Positions 19,773 to 29,547 are shown, numbered from the stretch's first letter. The stretch: 64,000 nucleotides of DNA from Chloroflexota bacterium (GCA_002730555.1 PCAM01000037.1:85630-149629); one strand, 5' to 3'. Numbers and translations: made by a program. The notes: a model not told the origin generated them from the sequence alone.

Positions 19773-20984
19773 TCAGGCCCCGTTATCCAGTGCATCGATA
19801 ACGGTGTCCAGATCTTTATCCCCACGCCCGGAAAGCAGCAGCAAGACGATCGAGTCCGGGTCAAGCGTCGGGGCGTATTCGGAGAGGTAAGCGACCGCGT
19901 GTGACGGCTCAAGCGCCGGGATGATCCCTTCGCTCCGACTCAGCAACTGGAACCCTTCGAGCGCCTCGTCATCCGTGATGGCGACATACTGGGCCCGCTC
20001 GGAGTCTTTCAGATAGCTGTGCTCCGGCCCGACACCCGGGTAGTCCAGCCCGGCCGAGATGCTGTGCGCTTCCTGCACCTGCCCGTGCTCGTCCTGTAGC
20101 AGGTACGACAACGCACCGTGCAGCACGCCCGGCCGTCCTTTGGTCATGGTCGCGGCGTGCTCTTCCGTTTCCACGCCTGCGCCCGCGGCCTCGATGCCGA
20201 TCAACCGTACCCCGTCGTCGTTCATGAAGCCGCTGAACAATCCGATTGCGTTGCTGCCGCCGCCGACGCAGGCGATGGCGTAGTCGGGCAGCCGGCCGGT
20301 CGCTTCAAGAACCTGTTCCCGGGATTCCCGGCCGATCACCGACTGGAAGTCGCGCACGATCATGGGGTACGGGTGCGGTCCGACAACGCTGCCGATGATG
20401 TAGTGGCTGGTCTCGATGTTCGTGACCCAGTCACGGATCGTCTCGTTGATAGCGTCTTTTAGCGTCCGGCTGCCGGAGGTGACGGTCTCAACAGTCGCGC
20501 CAAGCAACTCCATACGCTGTACGTTTGGCGCCTGCCGGCGGATGTCCTCTTCGCCCATGTAGACGACGCATTCCATGCCGAACATGGCGCAAACCGTGGC
20601 CGTGGCGACGCCGTGCTGGCCCGCCCCGGTCTCGGCGATTATCCGTTTTTTGCCGAGCCGCCGAGCCAGAAGCGCCTGCCCGACAGCGTTGTTGATCTTG
20701 TGCGCGCCGGTGTGAATCAGGTCTTCGCGCTTGATGTAGATGCGTGCGCCGCCCAGCTCACGCGTCAGGTTGGCGGCGTAGTAGAGCGGCGATGGGCGGC
20801 CGACGTAGTTGGCCAGCAGGTCGTCAAGCTCTTCGATGAACGCCGGGTCGGAGCGTGCCGATTCGTACTCACACCCGAGCTCCTCAAGCGCGGCCATCAG
20901 CGTCTCGGGCACAAAGCGCCCGCCGTAGTCACCAAAACGGCCGCGTGAGTCGGGTAGCGTGGGTCGGGTAGTAGTGCCTGTCAA
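19773..20984 (-). CDS. trpB: tryptophan synthase beta chain
   Basis: [28 protein letters not shown] (PLP lysine) and [11 protein letters not shown] start with AGGAAA upstream. Confidence 0.92.
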   Translation of the reverse strand: MTGTTTRPTLPDSRGRFGDYGGRFVPETLMAALEELGCEYESARSDPAFIEELDDLLANYVGRPSPLYYAANLTRELGGARIYIKREDLIHTGAHKINNAVGQALLARRLGKKRIIAETGAGQHGVATATVCAMFGMECVVYMGEEDIRRQAPNVQRMELLGATVETVTSGSRTLKDAINETIRDWVTNIETSHYIIGSVVGPHPYPMIVRDFQSVIGRESREQVLEATGRLPDYAIACVGGGSNAIGLFSGFMNDDGVRLIGIEAAGAGVETEEHAATMTKGRPGVLHGALSYLLQDEHGQVQEAHSISAGLDYPGVGPEHSYLKDSERAQYVAITDDEALEGFQLLSRSEGIIPALEPSHAVAYLSEYAPTLDPDSIVLLLLSGRGDKDLDTVIDALDNGA

Positions 20985-21186
20985 TCAGATTTCCTGGGGA
21001 TCATAGGTGCACCGTTTGTGTGCCTGTTTACGCGTCTGGCGGAATCGAGACTGATGATCGTAAGAACCAAGCTAGAATAGCAGCCTGTTCGGCCCACCAT
21101 CTGCTTATAACGGCCCGCTATTTTAGGGACATTCCATTATCGCTTCCGAGACCCCACATATCCGGCCCGATCGCGACCAGTACTAC

Positions 21187-21711
21187 ATGGGTATCGCTCT
21201 CGCCGTGCGTGCGCGGGCTAATTGCCTGGGCAGCAAAGTCGGCGCACTGATCGTTCGTGAGGACCGGATCGTCTCGACCGGTTACAACGGGACGGCGCAG
21301 GGCTTGCCGAACTGCGAGGATGGCGGTTGTCAGCGCTGCGAGAACCGTGGCACTCGATACGCGTCCGGCGAGGCGTACGACCTCTGCATCTGCGTGCACG
21401 CCGAGCAGAACGCCATATTATCATCGGCGCGCTTCGGCACCCCGATAGAGGGCACGGACGTGTACACAACGCTGCGGCCCTGCTTCAACTGCACGAAGGA
21501 GCTCGTGCAGGCCAGGGTGCGATCCGTGCGCTACATGTACGACTGGGTCCATCCGCGTGAGGACGTTCGTGACGAATACAACCGGCTCCAGAGCTTCATC
21601 AGGCTTGTCGCGCAGGTTGAAACGGACGACCCGGACGCCGTCTGGGCGATGCCGGGGCTACGCGGTCGGCTGGAGATAGACCCACCGGGACCTGGCGCTC
21701 AGAGCGGATAG
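21187..21711 (+). CDS. dCMP/CMP deaminase (ComEB-type zinc deaminase)
   Basis: HAEQNAI and PCFNCTKE zinc motifs. The family-conserved N-terminal stretch (RPDRDQYYM) continues upstream of the ATG in an open frame with no ATG/GTG/TTG, so the true start may lie upstream at a non-canonical codon. Confidence 0.8.
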   Translation: MGIALAVRARANCLGSKVGALIVREDRIVSTGYNGTAQGLPNCEDGGCQRCENRGTRYASGEAYDLCICVHAEQNAILSSARFGTPIEGTDVYTTLRPCFNCTKELVQARVRSVRYMYDWVHPREDVRDEYNRLQSFIRLVAQVETDDPDAVWAMPGLRGRLEIDPPGPGAQSG

Positions 21712-21849
21712 CTTGCGCCAAAGTGGCGTATGAATCGCCTCAGGCCCGAAATATCTCCCGCTGTATCGCAGATGAAGGTCTTGATGCCAGTTACTTTCAC
21801 TGTCGATCACTCTCCACGAGCTCTAAGCCCATGCTTCCAAATCAGGGTT

Positions 21850-22206
21850 CTAAGAATCCCGACTGATCTCGACACCGACCGAGTCGGCACCGTTCAGCGC
21901 GCCCGGCTTCTGGACGCTCACGTCCACTCGAACAACGGCCGCCGGTTCTAGGCAAATCGTCGCTACGTTGCGGGCCATCGCCTCTATCAAACCGTATGAC
22001 GACGTCTCGACATGCGCCTGTACGGCCTTGCTGATGTCACGGTAGTTGACGGTATCTTCGATATTGTCCGATTCGCCCGGCGCGCTGAGATCAGCGTGCA
22101 GTGTGATGTCGATGACCACGTCCTGTTTGGTGACCCTCTCCCAATCGTTGATGCCGATGATGCAGTTGATCCGCATGCCGGTGATGTGGATGCGATCTAT
22201 CGTCAT
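21850..22206 (-). CDS. folB: dihydroneopterin aldolase / epimerase family protein (FolB/FolX)
   Basis: 118 aa with IIGINDWER, VNYRDIS and QKPGA, the FolB-family pattern. Its ATG overlaps the upstream SDR stop (ATGA at 22203-22206). I cannot separate FolB from FolX by eye. Confidence 0.75.
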   Translation of the reverse strand: MTIDRIHITGMRINCIIGINDWERVTKQDVVIDITLHADLSAPGESDNIEDTVNYRDISKAVQAHVETSSYGLIEAMARNVATICLEPAAVVRVDVSVQKPGALNGADSVGVEISRDS

Positions 22207-22943
22207 GTGCGGGAGAGCCTCTGGCCGCCATCCACGTAGATAGTCTCGCCAGTGATGTAGTCGATCTCGATCAGCGTCATGATGACCTCCGCAACCTCCT
22301 CAGGAGTGCCAAGACGGTCGAGCGGCGTGCGGGAGGCCAGTTTTTGGGATAGCATCTCGTCCTCTTCCGGCGCGGCCGTGACGGGAAGCAGTATCGCCCC
22401 CAACGCCACCTCATTGACCTGTACTGCGGGCGCCAGAGCGGCGGCCAGCGATCTCGTCAGCCCGCCAAGCGCTGCTTTGCTGACCCCGTATGCGAAGCGT
22501 TTGGGGCGCGTCGTCTTCCAGTCGGTCAGGTTGATGATCTTCCCGGGCTTTCCGTTCAGGTGTTCCGCCATGGCCCGCGACAGCAGGAAAGGCGCAGTCA
22601 CGTTCACGGCGAGGTTGACGTCCCAGTCGGCGTTGCTCGTCTCCTCCAGCCAGCGGTCCTGAAAAACCGATGCGTTGTTGATCAGGATGTCCAGCGAGCC
22701 AAATTTTTCCACGACCGCCGGGATCAGCTTTTCGGCCTGCTCTCGGTTCGCGAGATCGGCTTGAAACATGTCGGCCTGGCCGCCGCCGGCGATGATCTCG
22801 GCAACGAACGCCTGCGCTCCTTCTCCCGAGTTGCGGTAGTGAACAGCGATCGTGGCGCCCGCGTCAGCCAATCGGCGTGCGATTACGTTCCCGACGCGTA
22901 CACCTGCTCCGGTGACAAGGGCGACTTTGTTCTGGGTGTTCAT
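22203..22943 (-). CDS. short-chain dehydrogenase, FolM/PTR1-like pteridine reductase candidate
   Basis: The cofactor motif reads TGAGVRVG (TGxxxRxG, as in FolM/PTR1, rather than TGxxxGxG). YGVSK catalytic YxxxK is present. It sits between folE and folB. Confidence 0.65.
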   Translation of the reverse strand: MNTQNKVALVTGAGVRVGNVIARRLADAGATIAVHYRNSGEGAQAFVAEIIAGGGQADMFQADLANREQAEKLIPAVVEKFGSLDILINNASVFQDRWLEETSNADWDVNLAVNVTAPFLLSRAMAEHLNGKPGKIINLTDWKTTRPKRFAYGVSKAALGGLTRSLAAALAPAVQVNEVALGAILLPVTAAPEEDEMLSQKLASRTPLDRLGTPEEVAEVIMTLIEIDYITGETIYVDGGQRLSRT

Positions 22944-22965
22944 TCGGTTGCCGGGTACCGCCCGT

Positions 22966-23619
22966 CTATAGAAGTGGGTCGGAGCTCGCGCCGATGTGCA
23001 TCATGAACTCGCCGCGCGTGGACGGGTTGTCCCGGAACGCCCCGAGCATGGCGCTGGTCACCATGCGGGTGCGCTGCTTCTTGACGCCGCGCATCGCCGC
23101 ACACAGGTGTGACGCCTCCACCACTACGGCGACCCCGCGCGGCTTGATCAGCTCTTCCAGGAAGGTGGCGATCTGCTGCGTCATTCGTTCCTGGACCTGC
23201 AGACGCCGGGCGAACATATCTACGAGGCGTGGGATCTTGGACAGCCCGATCACCTTATCGTTCGGAAGGTAACCCACCGACGCATGCCCGTAGAACGGGA
23301 GCATGTGGTGCTCACACATGCTGTAGAAATCGATATCTTTCACGACCACCATCTCGTCGTACTCGACATCAAACAGGGCGTCGTTCAGCAGTTCTACCTG
23401 GTCAGTCATGTAACCAGACAGCAGTTCGTCATACATACGGGCGACCCGTAACGGGGTGCTTGCGATATCGTCGCGCGCTGGGTCTTGACCAATTGCATCA
23501 AGGATCGTGCTGATCGCTTCGGCCACCACTTCTTTGCACTCTGCGCTGAGGACCAGCCCGTCCTCAAACGTGAGTTGTTTGAGCCCGCCGCGGGCAGTTG
23601 TGGGTCGTTCTTCGATCAT
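22966..23619 (-). CDS. folE: GTP cyclohydrolase I
   Basis: [10 protein letters not shown] and QVQERMT motifs. GGGAGG RBS. Confidence 0.92.
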   Translation of the reverse strand: MIEERPTTARGGLKQLTFEDGLVLSAECKEVVAEAISTILDAIGQDPARDDIASTPLRVARMYDELLSGYMTDQVELLNDALFDVEYDEMVVVKDIDFYSMCEHHMLPFYGHASVGYLPNDKVIGLSKIPRLVDMFARRLQVQERMTQQIATFLEELIKPRGVAVVVEASHLCAAMRGVKKQRTRMVTSAMLGAFRDNPSTRGEFMMHIGASSDPLL

Positions 23620-23750
23620 GGATGGTGCCTCCCTGCCACAGCTTTAGTTGTGTGCGACCGGCGGTACGTCGTTAAGGAATGCGCAGTTTACCAAGGGTCC
23701 GCCCGGACTCGTTTACGCATGCTCGGCGCAATTGGTCTTGCGACGAGTAG

Positions 23751-24017
23751 TTAACCGCCTGCAATGGCTGGCAAAAAGTGGACCTCGGTCTCATCGTCGT
23801 CGATCTTGTGGAGCAAACCCTGCCTCGTGGCCTGTTCCCCGACGACTGCAGCGATACCCGGTTTCAGGTTGCCGTCCTTAATGAGGTAATCGGCCGCTCC
23901 CGGGAACTCCTTCTCCAGGTTTCCGATCACTTCCCGAAGGTTCTTGCCCGGGATCTGCGCTTCAAGCTGTCCGTTAGTCAGTTTTCGTAGAGATTGTGGG
24001 ATGAATACGCGGGCCAT
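23751..24017 (-). CDS. MoaD/ThiS/CysO-family ubiquitin-like sulfur-carrier protein
   Basis: 88 aa ending ...VHFLPAIAGG (C-terminal Gly-Gly). The N-terminal IPQSLRKLTNGQ pattern resembles CysO/MoaD-type carriers. Confidence 0.65.
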   Translation of the reverse strand: MARVFIPQSLRKLTNGQLEAQIPGKNLREVIGNLEKEFPGAADYLIKDGNLKPGIAAVVGEQATRQGLLHKIDDDETEVHFLPAIAGG

Positions 24018-24098
24018 CTGAGCTGTCCCTTCTGGCTTGTGCGAACGTGATCCGTATTCGTAGCGGGCACGTTTCGATCATAGCCTCGACAACGCCAC

Positions 24099-24135
24099 GA
24101 ATAAAACGAGGCGCCCCGTTTGACCGGGACCCCTC
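24099..24135 (-). terminator. intrinsic terminator after the Mo-hydroxylase large subunit
   Basis: On the minus strand: GAGGGGTCCCG, loop GTCAAA, CGGGGCGCCTC (two mismatches), followed by GTTTTATTC. Confidence 0.5.
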
Positions 24136-24176
24136 AATGTTTGTTCGCTCTCGGTCCTCAGACCTGAGCGTCGCCC

Positions 24177-26456
24177 TCAACCTTTGTCGTCAAGCGCCGT
24201 CAGGATGCGCCCGGGGTTCATCGGGGACTCGCGGAGTCGGATGCCGAGAGCATCGTGGATGGCGTTTGCGATCGTTGCCACCGGCGGAACGATCGGAACC
24301 TCACCGACGCCGCGAACGCCGAATGGGTGACCTGGGTTCGGGACCTCGACGATGATCGTTTCGATCTGCGGCAAGTCGTACGTGGTCGGCATCCTGTAAT
24401 CCAAGAAACTTGAGTTGACCATAACGTCGTCGTTCATGAAGTATTCTTCGTTCAATCCCCAGCCGATGCCCTGCACGACAGCGCCCTGCATCTGGCCCTC
24501 GACGTAAGCCGGGTGGATCGCCGTACCAACGTCCTGGACGATGGTGTAGCGGATCACGTCCGTCTTGCCCGTCTCGGGGTCGATCTCCACGTCTGCGATC
24601 TGCGTGGAAAAAGCGCCACCGGCTCCCTCGGGGTCTACCGATGCGCTGCCTACCACCGGTCCACCGGTCGAGCCCAGCTTGCTGGACAGCTCTTTGTGCG
24701 AGAGCCGCAGCTCCGGGTCCGATTTCGACTGGTAGTTGCCGTTGGCGAACTCGATTTCGTCGAGGTCGACGTCCCAGAGTCTGGCCGCCCGTTCACGCAA
24801 CTGCGAAACAACGTCCTGCGCCGCGTCGTGGGATGCGTATCCGGTGGCGTACGTCGTGCGGCTTCCGCCGGTGACGTCCGTGTAGCCAATACCTTCCGTG
24901 TCGGCGACGTGCGGGCGCACATCTTCGACCGGGATGCCGAGCACCTCTGCCGCCATCATGGCGATGGAGGCACGCGAGCCGCCGATGTCGGTCGAGCCTT
25001 CGGTCAGGGCGACGGTTCCGTCCTCGTTAACGGCGATCGTCACGGCCGACTTCAGGCCGATGTTAAACCAGTAGCCGGAAGCGATTCCGCGACCGCGGAG
25101 TTTGCCGTCCGGGCCGTTTTTCTTAAGCGAGGTGTTCCAGTGGGGTGAGGCCTTCGCAGCTTCGAGTGTCTCGATGTTGCCGATGAGCGGGTGGATCGGC
25201 CCGTCAGCCCGGCGCGTGCCTTCTTTGGCGGCGTTCTTGAGGCGGAACTCGATCGGATCCATCCCGAGCTTCTCGATTATCTCGTCGACCACCGTCTCCA
25301 CGGCGAATGCGGCCTGCGTCGTGCCGGGAGCGCGGTAGGCAGCTGTCTTCGGCCTGTTCACAACGACGTCGTAGCCGTCGATCCGCGTGTTGGGGATGTC
25401 GTAGCAGGAGAAGACACACATCATCGCGGCGCCGACCGGGGATCCCGGGTACGCGCCGGCTTCGAAACGTATGTCCGCATATGCTGCGGTGATCGTTCCG
25501 TCGTTCTTCACGCCGACTTTGGCGCTCATCCACGAGCCCGGCGTCGGGCCGGTGGCCTCGAACACGGCTGACCGCTCCATTAGCAGCTTCACCGGACGAC
25601 CCGTTTCACGTGAAAGAATGGCCGCAACGGCTTCCAGGTAGCTCGGGATCTTGCCGCCGAAACCGCCACCGATTTCGAGCGGAATCACCTTCACCACGGA
25701 GTCCGGCAGCTGGAGAATTCCGGCGACCTGACGGCGGGTAGGGAACGACCCCTGCGTGCTCGTCCAGATCGTGATTCGGCCCTCTTCGTCCCACGTGGCA
25801 GTGGCGTTGTGCGGCTCTATGTAACCCTGGTGCACCATCGCCGTCGTGAACTCACGTTCGATGACAAGGTCCGCCTCGGCGAATCCCTTTTCGATGTCAC
25901 CGAAATCGTGGCGGATGTGGTTCGCCTGGTTGGTCGGGCCATCGATCTTCTCGCCAAGGTCCTGGCCTTCCAGGTCCTCAAGCACGATCGGCGCGCCCGG
26001 CTTCAGGGCTTCCATCAGGTCTGTGACGGACTTGAGAACTTCGTAATCGACCTTGATGAGCGCCGCCGCTTCCAGGGCGGTGTTCTTATCGACCGCCGCC
26101 ACCGCAGCTACCGGGTGCCCCTTATAAAGGACTTTGTCGCCCGCCATTATGTTGTTAGAGGCGTAACGGAAGTTGACGGCGCCCTCTCCGAGGTCGACCA
26201 GCGTGTCGTGGGCTCCCGGGAAGTCCGCGCCTGTTATCACGGCATAAACGCCGGGTACGGCCTTCGCCGGGCCGGTGTCGATCGACTTGATACGGGCGTG
26301 GGCGTGCGGGCTTCGGAGGACCGCGCCCTGCAGGAGGCCCGGAAGCTTGATGTCCGCTCCGTAGATCGCCCGACCGGTGACCTTGTCGTATCCGTCGTGT
26401 CGTATCGGGCGTGTCCCGATTACGTTGTACTTGCCTTTAGTCGTTTCTGTCGTCAT
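24177..26456 (-). CDS. molybdopterin-binding large subunit of a xanthine dehydrogenase/aldehyde oxidase-family hydroxylase
   Basis: 759 aa. Motifs: GTRPIRHDGYDKVTG, GGGFGGK, AAYRAPG, GVGEVPIVPP. The active-site loop is neither AYxCSFR (form I CODH) nor AYRGAGR (form II). Confidence 0.85.
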   Translation of the reverse strand: MTTETTKGKYNVIGTRPIRHDGYDKVTGRAIYGADIKLPGLLQGAVLRSPHAHARIKSIDTGPAKAVPGVYAVITGADFPGAHDTLVDLGEGAVNFRYASNNIMAGDKVLYKGHPVAAVAAVDKNTALEAAALIKVDYEVLKSVTDLMEALKPGAPIVLEDLEGQDLGEKIDGPTNQANHIRHDFGDIEKGFAEADLVIEREFTTAMVHQGYIEPHNATATWDEEGRITIWTSTQGSFPTRRQVAGILQLPDSVVKVIPLEIGGGFGGKIPSYLEAVAAILSRETGRPVKLLMERSAVFEATGPTPGSWMSAKVGVKNDGTITAAYADIRFEAGAYPGSPVGAAMMCVFSCYDIPNTRIDGYDVVVNRPKTAAYRAPGTTQAAFAVETVVDEIIEKLGMDPIEFRLKNAAKEGTRRADGPIHPLIGNIETLEAAKASPHWNTSLKKNGPDGKLRGRGIASGYWFNIGLKSAVTIAVNEDGTVALTEGSTDIGGSRASIAMMAAEVLGIPVEDVRPHVADTEGIGYTDVTGGSRTTYATGYASHDAAQDVVSQLRERAARLWDVDLDEIEFANGNYQSKSDPELRLSHKELSSKLGSTGGPVVGSASVDPEGAGGAFSTQIADVEIDPETGKTDVIRYTIVQDVGTAIHPAYVEGQMQGAVVQGIGWGLNEEYFMNDDVMVNSSFLDYRMPTTYDLPQIETIIVEVPNPGHPFGVRGVGEVPIVPPVATIANAIHDALGIRLRESPMNPGRILTALDDKG

Positions 26457-26499
26457 TGATACCTCCCGAGTACCGTTTCAGCGATTTGGCCGATTCCGC

Positions 26500-26970
26500 C
26501 TAAGCGGAATTGGCGACCTTCTGGACCGCTTTCACGATCTTGTCGTAACCGGTGCAACGGCACAGGTTTCCGGCAAGCCAGAAACGGATGCGCTCTTCGC
26601 TCGGGTTCGGCTCTTTATCGAGCAGCGCTTTTGCGGACACAAGGAACCCGGGTGTGCAGATGCCGCACTGCAGAGCAGCTTCCTCAAGGAAGGACTGCTG
26701 AAGCGGGTGCAACCGGCCGGGCTCGGCCATCCCCTCGATCGTCTCGACGGTGCTGCCGTCTATTTCGGCGCCGAGCACACAGCAGGAGTCGACGATACGA
26801 CCGTCAAGATTGACGGTGCATGCGCCGCAGTTGCCGTCGTTGCAACCTTCCTTGGTGCCGGTCAGCCCCAGCTCCTCACGCAGCGTGTCCAGAAGGCTCA
26901 CGTACGGCGCCACCAAGAAGTCGACAGGTTCTCCATTCAGGGTTGCCCTGACTCTTACTTTCTCGACCAA
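26500..26970 (-). CDS. [2Fe-2S]-binding small subunit of the Mo-hydroxylase
   Basis: CNDGNCGACTV, CGICTPG and CRCTGY cluster motifs. Confidence 0.9.
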   Translation of the reverse strand: MVEKVRVRATLNGEPVDFLVAPYVSLLDTLREELGLTGTKEGCNDGNCGACTVNLDGRIVDSCCVLGAEIDGSTVETIEGMAEPGRLHPLQQSFLEEAALQCGICTPGFLVSAKALLDKEPNPSEERIRFWLAGNLCRCTGYDKIVKAVQKVANSA

Positions 26971-26971
26971 C

Positions 26972-27838
26972 TTAGTTGTTCTCCCGGGCGCGTTCTACGG
27001 CCCTCTCAAGGGTTCGACGGGCCAGAACGCCGACCAAGTGTGTGCGTTGTTCAGCCGTGCCGCGCATGTCGGAAATAGGACTTGCGTTCCCGCTCGCTAT
27101 CTGCGCTGCGACTGAGATGTTCTCCGCCGTCGCTTCTTTGCCGGCAAGTGAATCGCCGGCGGACGAGAGGATCGGCGTCGGACCCACCGCGGAGAGCGCG
27201 ACACGGGCGGACATGATCGTGTCCCCGTCCAACTGTACCGAACTGGCAACGCCGGCTACGGCGATGTCCATTTCGTTCCGGGGGGTGAACCGCTGGTATG
27301 CGGCGCCAAAGCCTTTTTGCGGCGTCGGCATTTTCATCTCGACCAGGAACTCCCCGTCGCCGATTACCGATTGGCCTGGACCGGTGCAGAAGTCTTCCGA
27401 GGCCACCTCACGGGTGCCGTTAGGTCCGGCGATTACGCATGTCGTGTTGTGGACGATGAGGGAGCAGATACCGTCACCACTCGGGGAGGCGTTACAGAGG
27501 TTACCTCCGAGCCCGGCGCGGGACTGGATCTGTATCCCGCCGATGATGGTGGCGCTGTCCACCAGGCCGGGGAAGGCCGCCGAGACCTTTGCGTCTTCAT
27601 AGACGCGATAACAGGGGACGGCAGCTCCGAGACGGAATTCGCCGGAGCCAAGGTCAAGGACGTTGGTTTCCGGGATGTGTTTGACGTCGACCAGGGCGTC
27701 CAGCTCCCATCGGCCAGCGCGCGCCATGACCAAGGCGTCGGTTCCGCCGGCAAACGGCCTGGCGCGCTCGCCGTGTTTGGCGAGAGTCGCTACGGCTTCG
27801 TCGATGCTCGTAGCGCGGACATACTCAAACGGGTGCAA
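26972..27838 (-). CDS. FAD-binding medium subunit of the Mo-hydroxylase
   Basis: 288 aa with the FAGGTDAL motif. TTG start with AAGGAG 8 nt upstream. Confidence 0.85.
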   Translation of the reverse strand: MHPFEYVRATSIDEAVATLAKHGERARPFAGGTDALVMARAGRWELDALVDVKHIPETNVLDLGSGEFRLGAAVPCYRVYEDAKVSAAFPGLVDSATIIGGIQIQSRAGLGGNLCNASPSGDGICSLIVHNTTCVIAGPNGTREVASEDFCTGPGQSVIGDGEFLVEMKMPTPQKGFGAAYQRFTPRNEMDIAVAGVASSVQLDGDTIMSARVALSAVGPTPILSSAGDSLAGKEATAENISVAAQIASGNASPISDMRGTAEQRTHLVGVLARRTLERAVERARENN

Positions 27839-28218
27839 AAGCTGAGCTCCTTATAACTCTTGCTGTTGGCAAGACATGGGCCACGCCGAAAGCATTCGCA
27901 TCGAACGCACGCGCCCCCGGCCTTAAGAATGGGGCCACGCCAGAAACGCCAGATGATCGGACAGGTCGCGCGCATACGCGTTCGTAGAATCATTGAGCAA
28001 TGCGCACACGCGCCCGGCGGAGCGGCAACCCCGGGAGCCGCATTATGCTCGCGCTCCAGATGCGCCGCAACAGTCACAGGGCGGTTTGCCCGGCGGGCAG
28101 ACCAACTTGGGGCGGTTCCCGCCGCTCCACGGGGGCACCGGCACCGTTAGAATCCACCCCGCACACCTGATTAATTGGCGCCCCTGAATCATTTGGTGTG
28201 CGAGGAGAGGATCAACAA

Positions 28219-29475
28219 TTGCCAGAGCCCGCTATCTTCAAGGCCAGCCGCGTCGCCAATCCCAACAACGACGGCTGGCTTAGCGATCACGCCGTTATCA
28301 CCGATGAAGCCGGGCGTATCGAGGCGGTGCTCCCGTCCGCGAACCTCGGGGACACTTCCGGCAAACGGACTCATGATCTCGGAGACGTGTCGCTGCTCCC
28401 GGGGCTGGTCGAGGCTCACTCGCACCTTCATGTCAGTCCCGATTTTGACGGTTTCGCGAACATCACGACAGAGACCGATGACCGCATGGTCATGCGGGCG
28501 GTTGGCGCGGCGCGCAAGGCGCTGCTCTCCGGGGTTACGACGATGCGGGACATTGGGTCCCGCAACCAGGTGGCGTTCCCGGTGAGGGACGCTATCGAGG
28601 CTGGCGTCATCCCCGGGCCGCGGCTCTTGCTCGCCGGAACGCCGATCACAACCACCGCTGGACACTGCTGGATGTTCGGCACGGAGGCGGACACCCTTGA
28701 GGATGTCGTGAAGGCGGTTCGGAATCAGGTCAAACTGGGCGCAAACGTGATCAAGATCATGGCGTCCGGCGGCAATTTCACCCCGACGTCAAACCCGCGG
28801 ATGACACAGTACCCCGCCGAAACACTGCGCGCCGCTGTAGTGGAGGCGGAACGTCTCGGCATTTACGTCGTCGCGCATTCACACGCCACCGCCGGGATCC
28901 GCAACTGTATCGATGCCGGCATCCACCAGATAATCCACTGCCGCTGGCTATCATCCGATCCGACGGTTGCGATGGACTACGATCCGGAAGACGCGTCCCG
29001 GCTCGCCGACGAAGGTCGCTGGGTTGACCCCACGATCGGTCTCTCGGTGCTGGGCGCCGAGGCGCGCGCCGCCGGCGCTCCACAACGACAGATCCACTGG
29101 GGAGTCGCGGCCGCACGACCGTCGCCGGAACAGACCATCGAGGTGTTGCAAGACATGCGCGCCAGGGGCGTGCGCTACACGACGGGCCTCGATATGGGGA
29201 TGGCGTTCGCCGACTACGACAAGTCCGCGTACAACGCCATCTCGTTCGTGGAGTCACTCGGCTACACGCCGTGGGAGGCAGTCTCCGCTTCCACCTCCGT
29301 TACTGCCGAGGCGCTGCGGGTGGACAAAAACGCCGGCTCGCTCCAGCCCGGCAAGTTTGCCGACCTGATGTCGGTGGCGGGCGACCCATCGAAGGACATA
29401 CGTGCGCTTGCGATGTCTGCGGACGTGGTGAAGGGCGGCGTGCCGGTGAAACTGGATGGGATGGCGCTCATCTAA
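28219..29475 (+). CDS. metal-dependent amidohydrolase, paralog A
   Basis: GLVEAHSHLH (HxH metal site) and the GxTTMRD pattern. I prefer TTG 28219 (GAGGAGAGG 8 nt upstream, giving MPEPAIFKASRV, parallel to paralog B) over the ORF-track GTG 28198. Confidence 0.8.
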   Translation: MPEPAIFKASRVANPNNDGWLSDHAVITDEAGRIEAVLPSANLGDTSGKRTHDLGDVSLLPGLVEAHSHLHVSPDFDGFANITTETDDRMVMRAVGAARKALLSGVTTMRDIGSRNQVAFPVRDAIEAGVIPGPRLLLAGTPITTTAGHCWMFGTEADTLEDVVKAVRNQVKLGANVIKIMASGGNFTPTSNPRMTQYPAETLRAAVVEAERLGIYVVAHSHATAGIRNCIDAGIHQIIHCRWLSSDPTVAMDYDPEDASRLADEGRWVDPTIGLSVLGAEARAAGAPQRQIHWGVAAARPSPEQTIEVLQDMRARGVRYTTGLDMGMAFADYDKSAYNAISFVESLGYTPWEAVSASTSVTAEALRVDKNAGSLQPGKFADLMSVAGDPSKDIRALAMSADVVKGGVPVKLDGMALI

Positions 29476-29547
29476 TCGGCCGGGTAATTCACCAGGTCCG
29501 TTCGAGTCGATAAATCCACTGGAACAATCCGTAAGGGACGCACGCAC

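Noticed and set aside
24177-27838. Annotating the CoxL/S/M-like genes as aerobic carbon monoxide dehydrogenase.
   Set aside because: The large subunit loop is AAYRAPGT, not AYxCSFR (form I) or AYRGAGR (form II). No coxDEFG accessory genes are present.
27839-28197. Moco riboswitch in the long leader of the Mo-hydroxylase operon.
   Set aside because: I could not recognise the conserved Moco-motif core on either strand by eye. Without a covariance-model scan the claim is unsupported.
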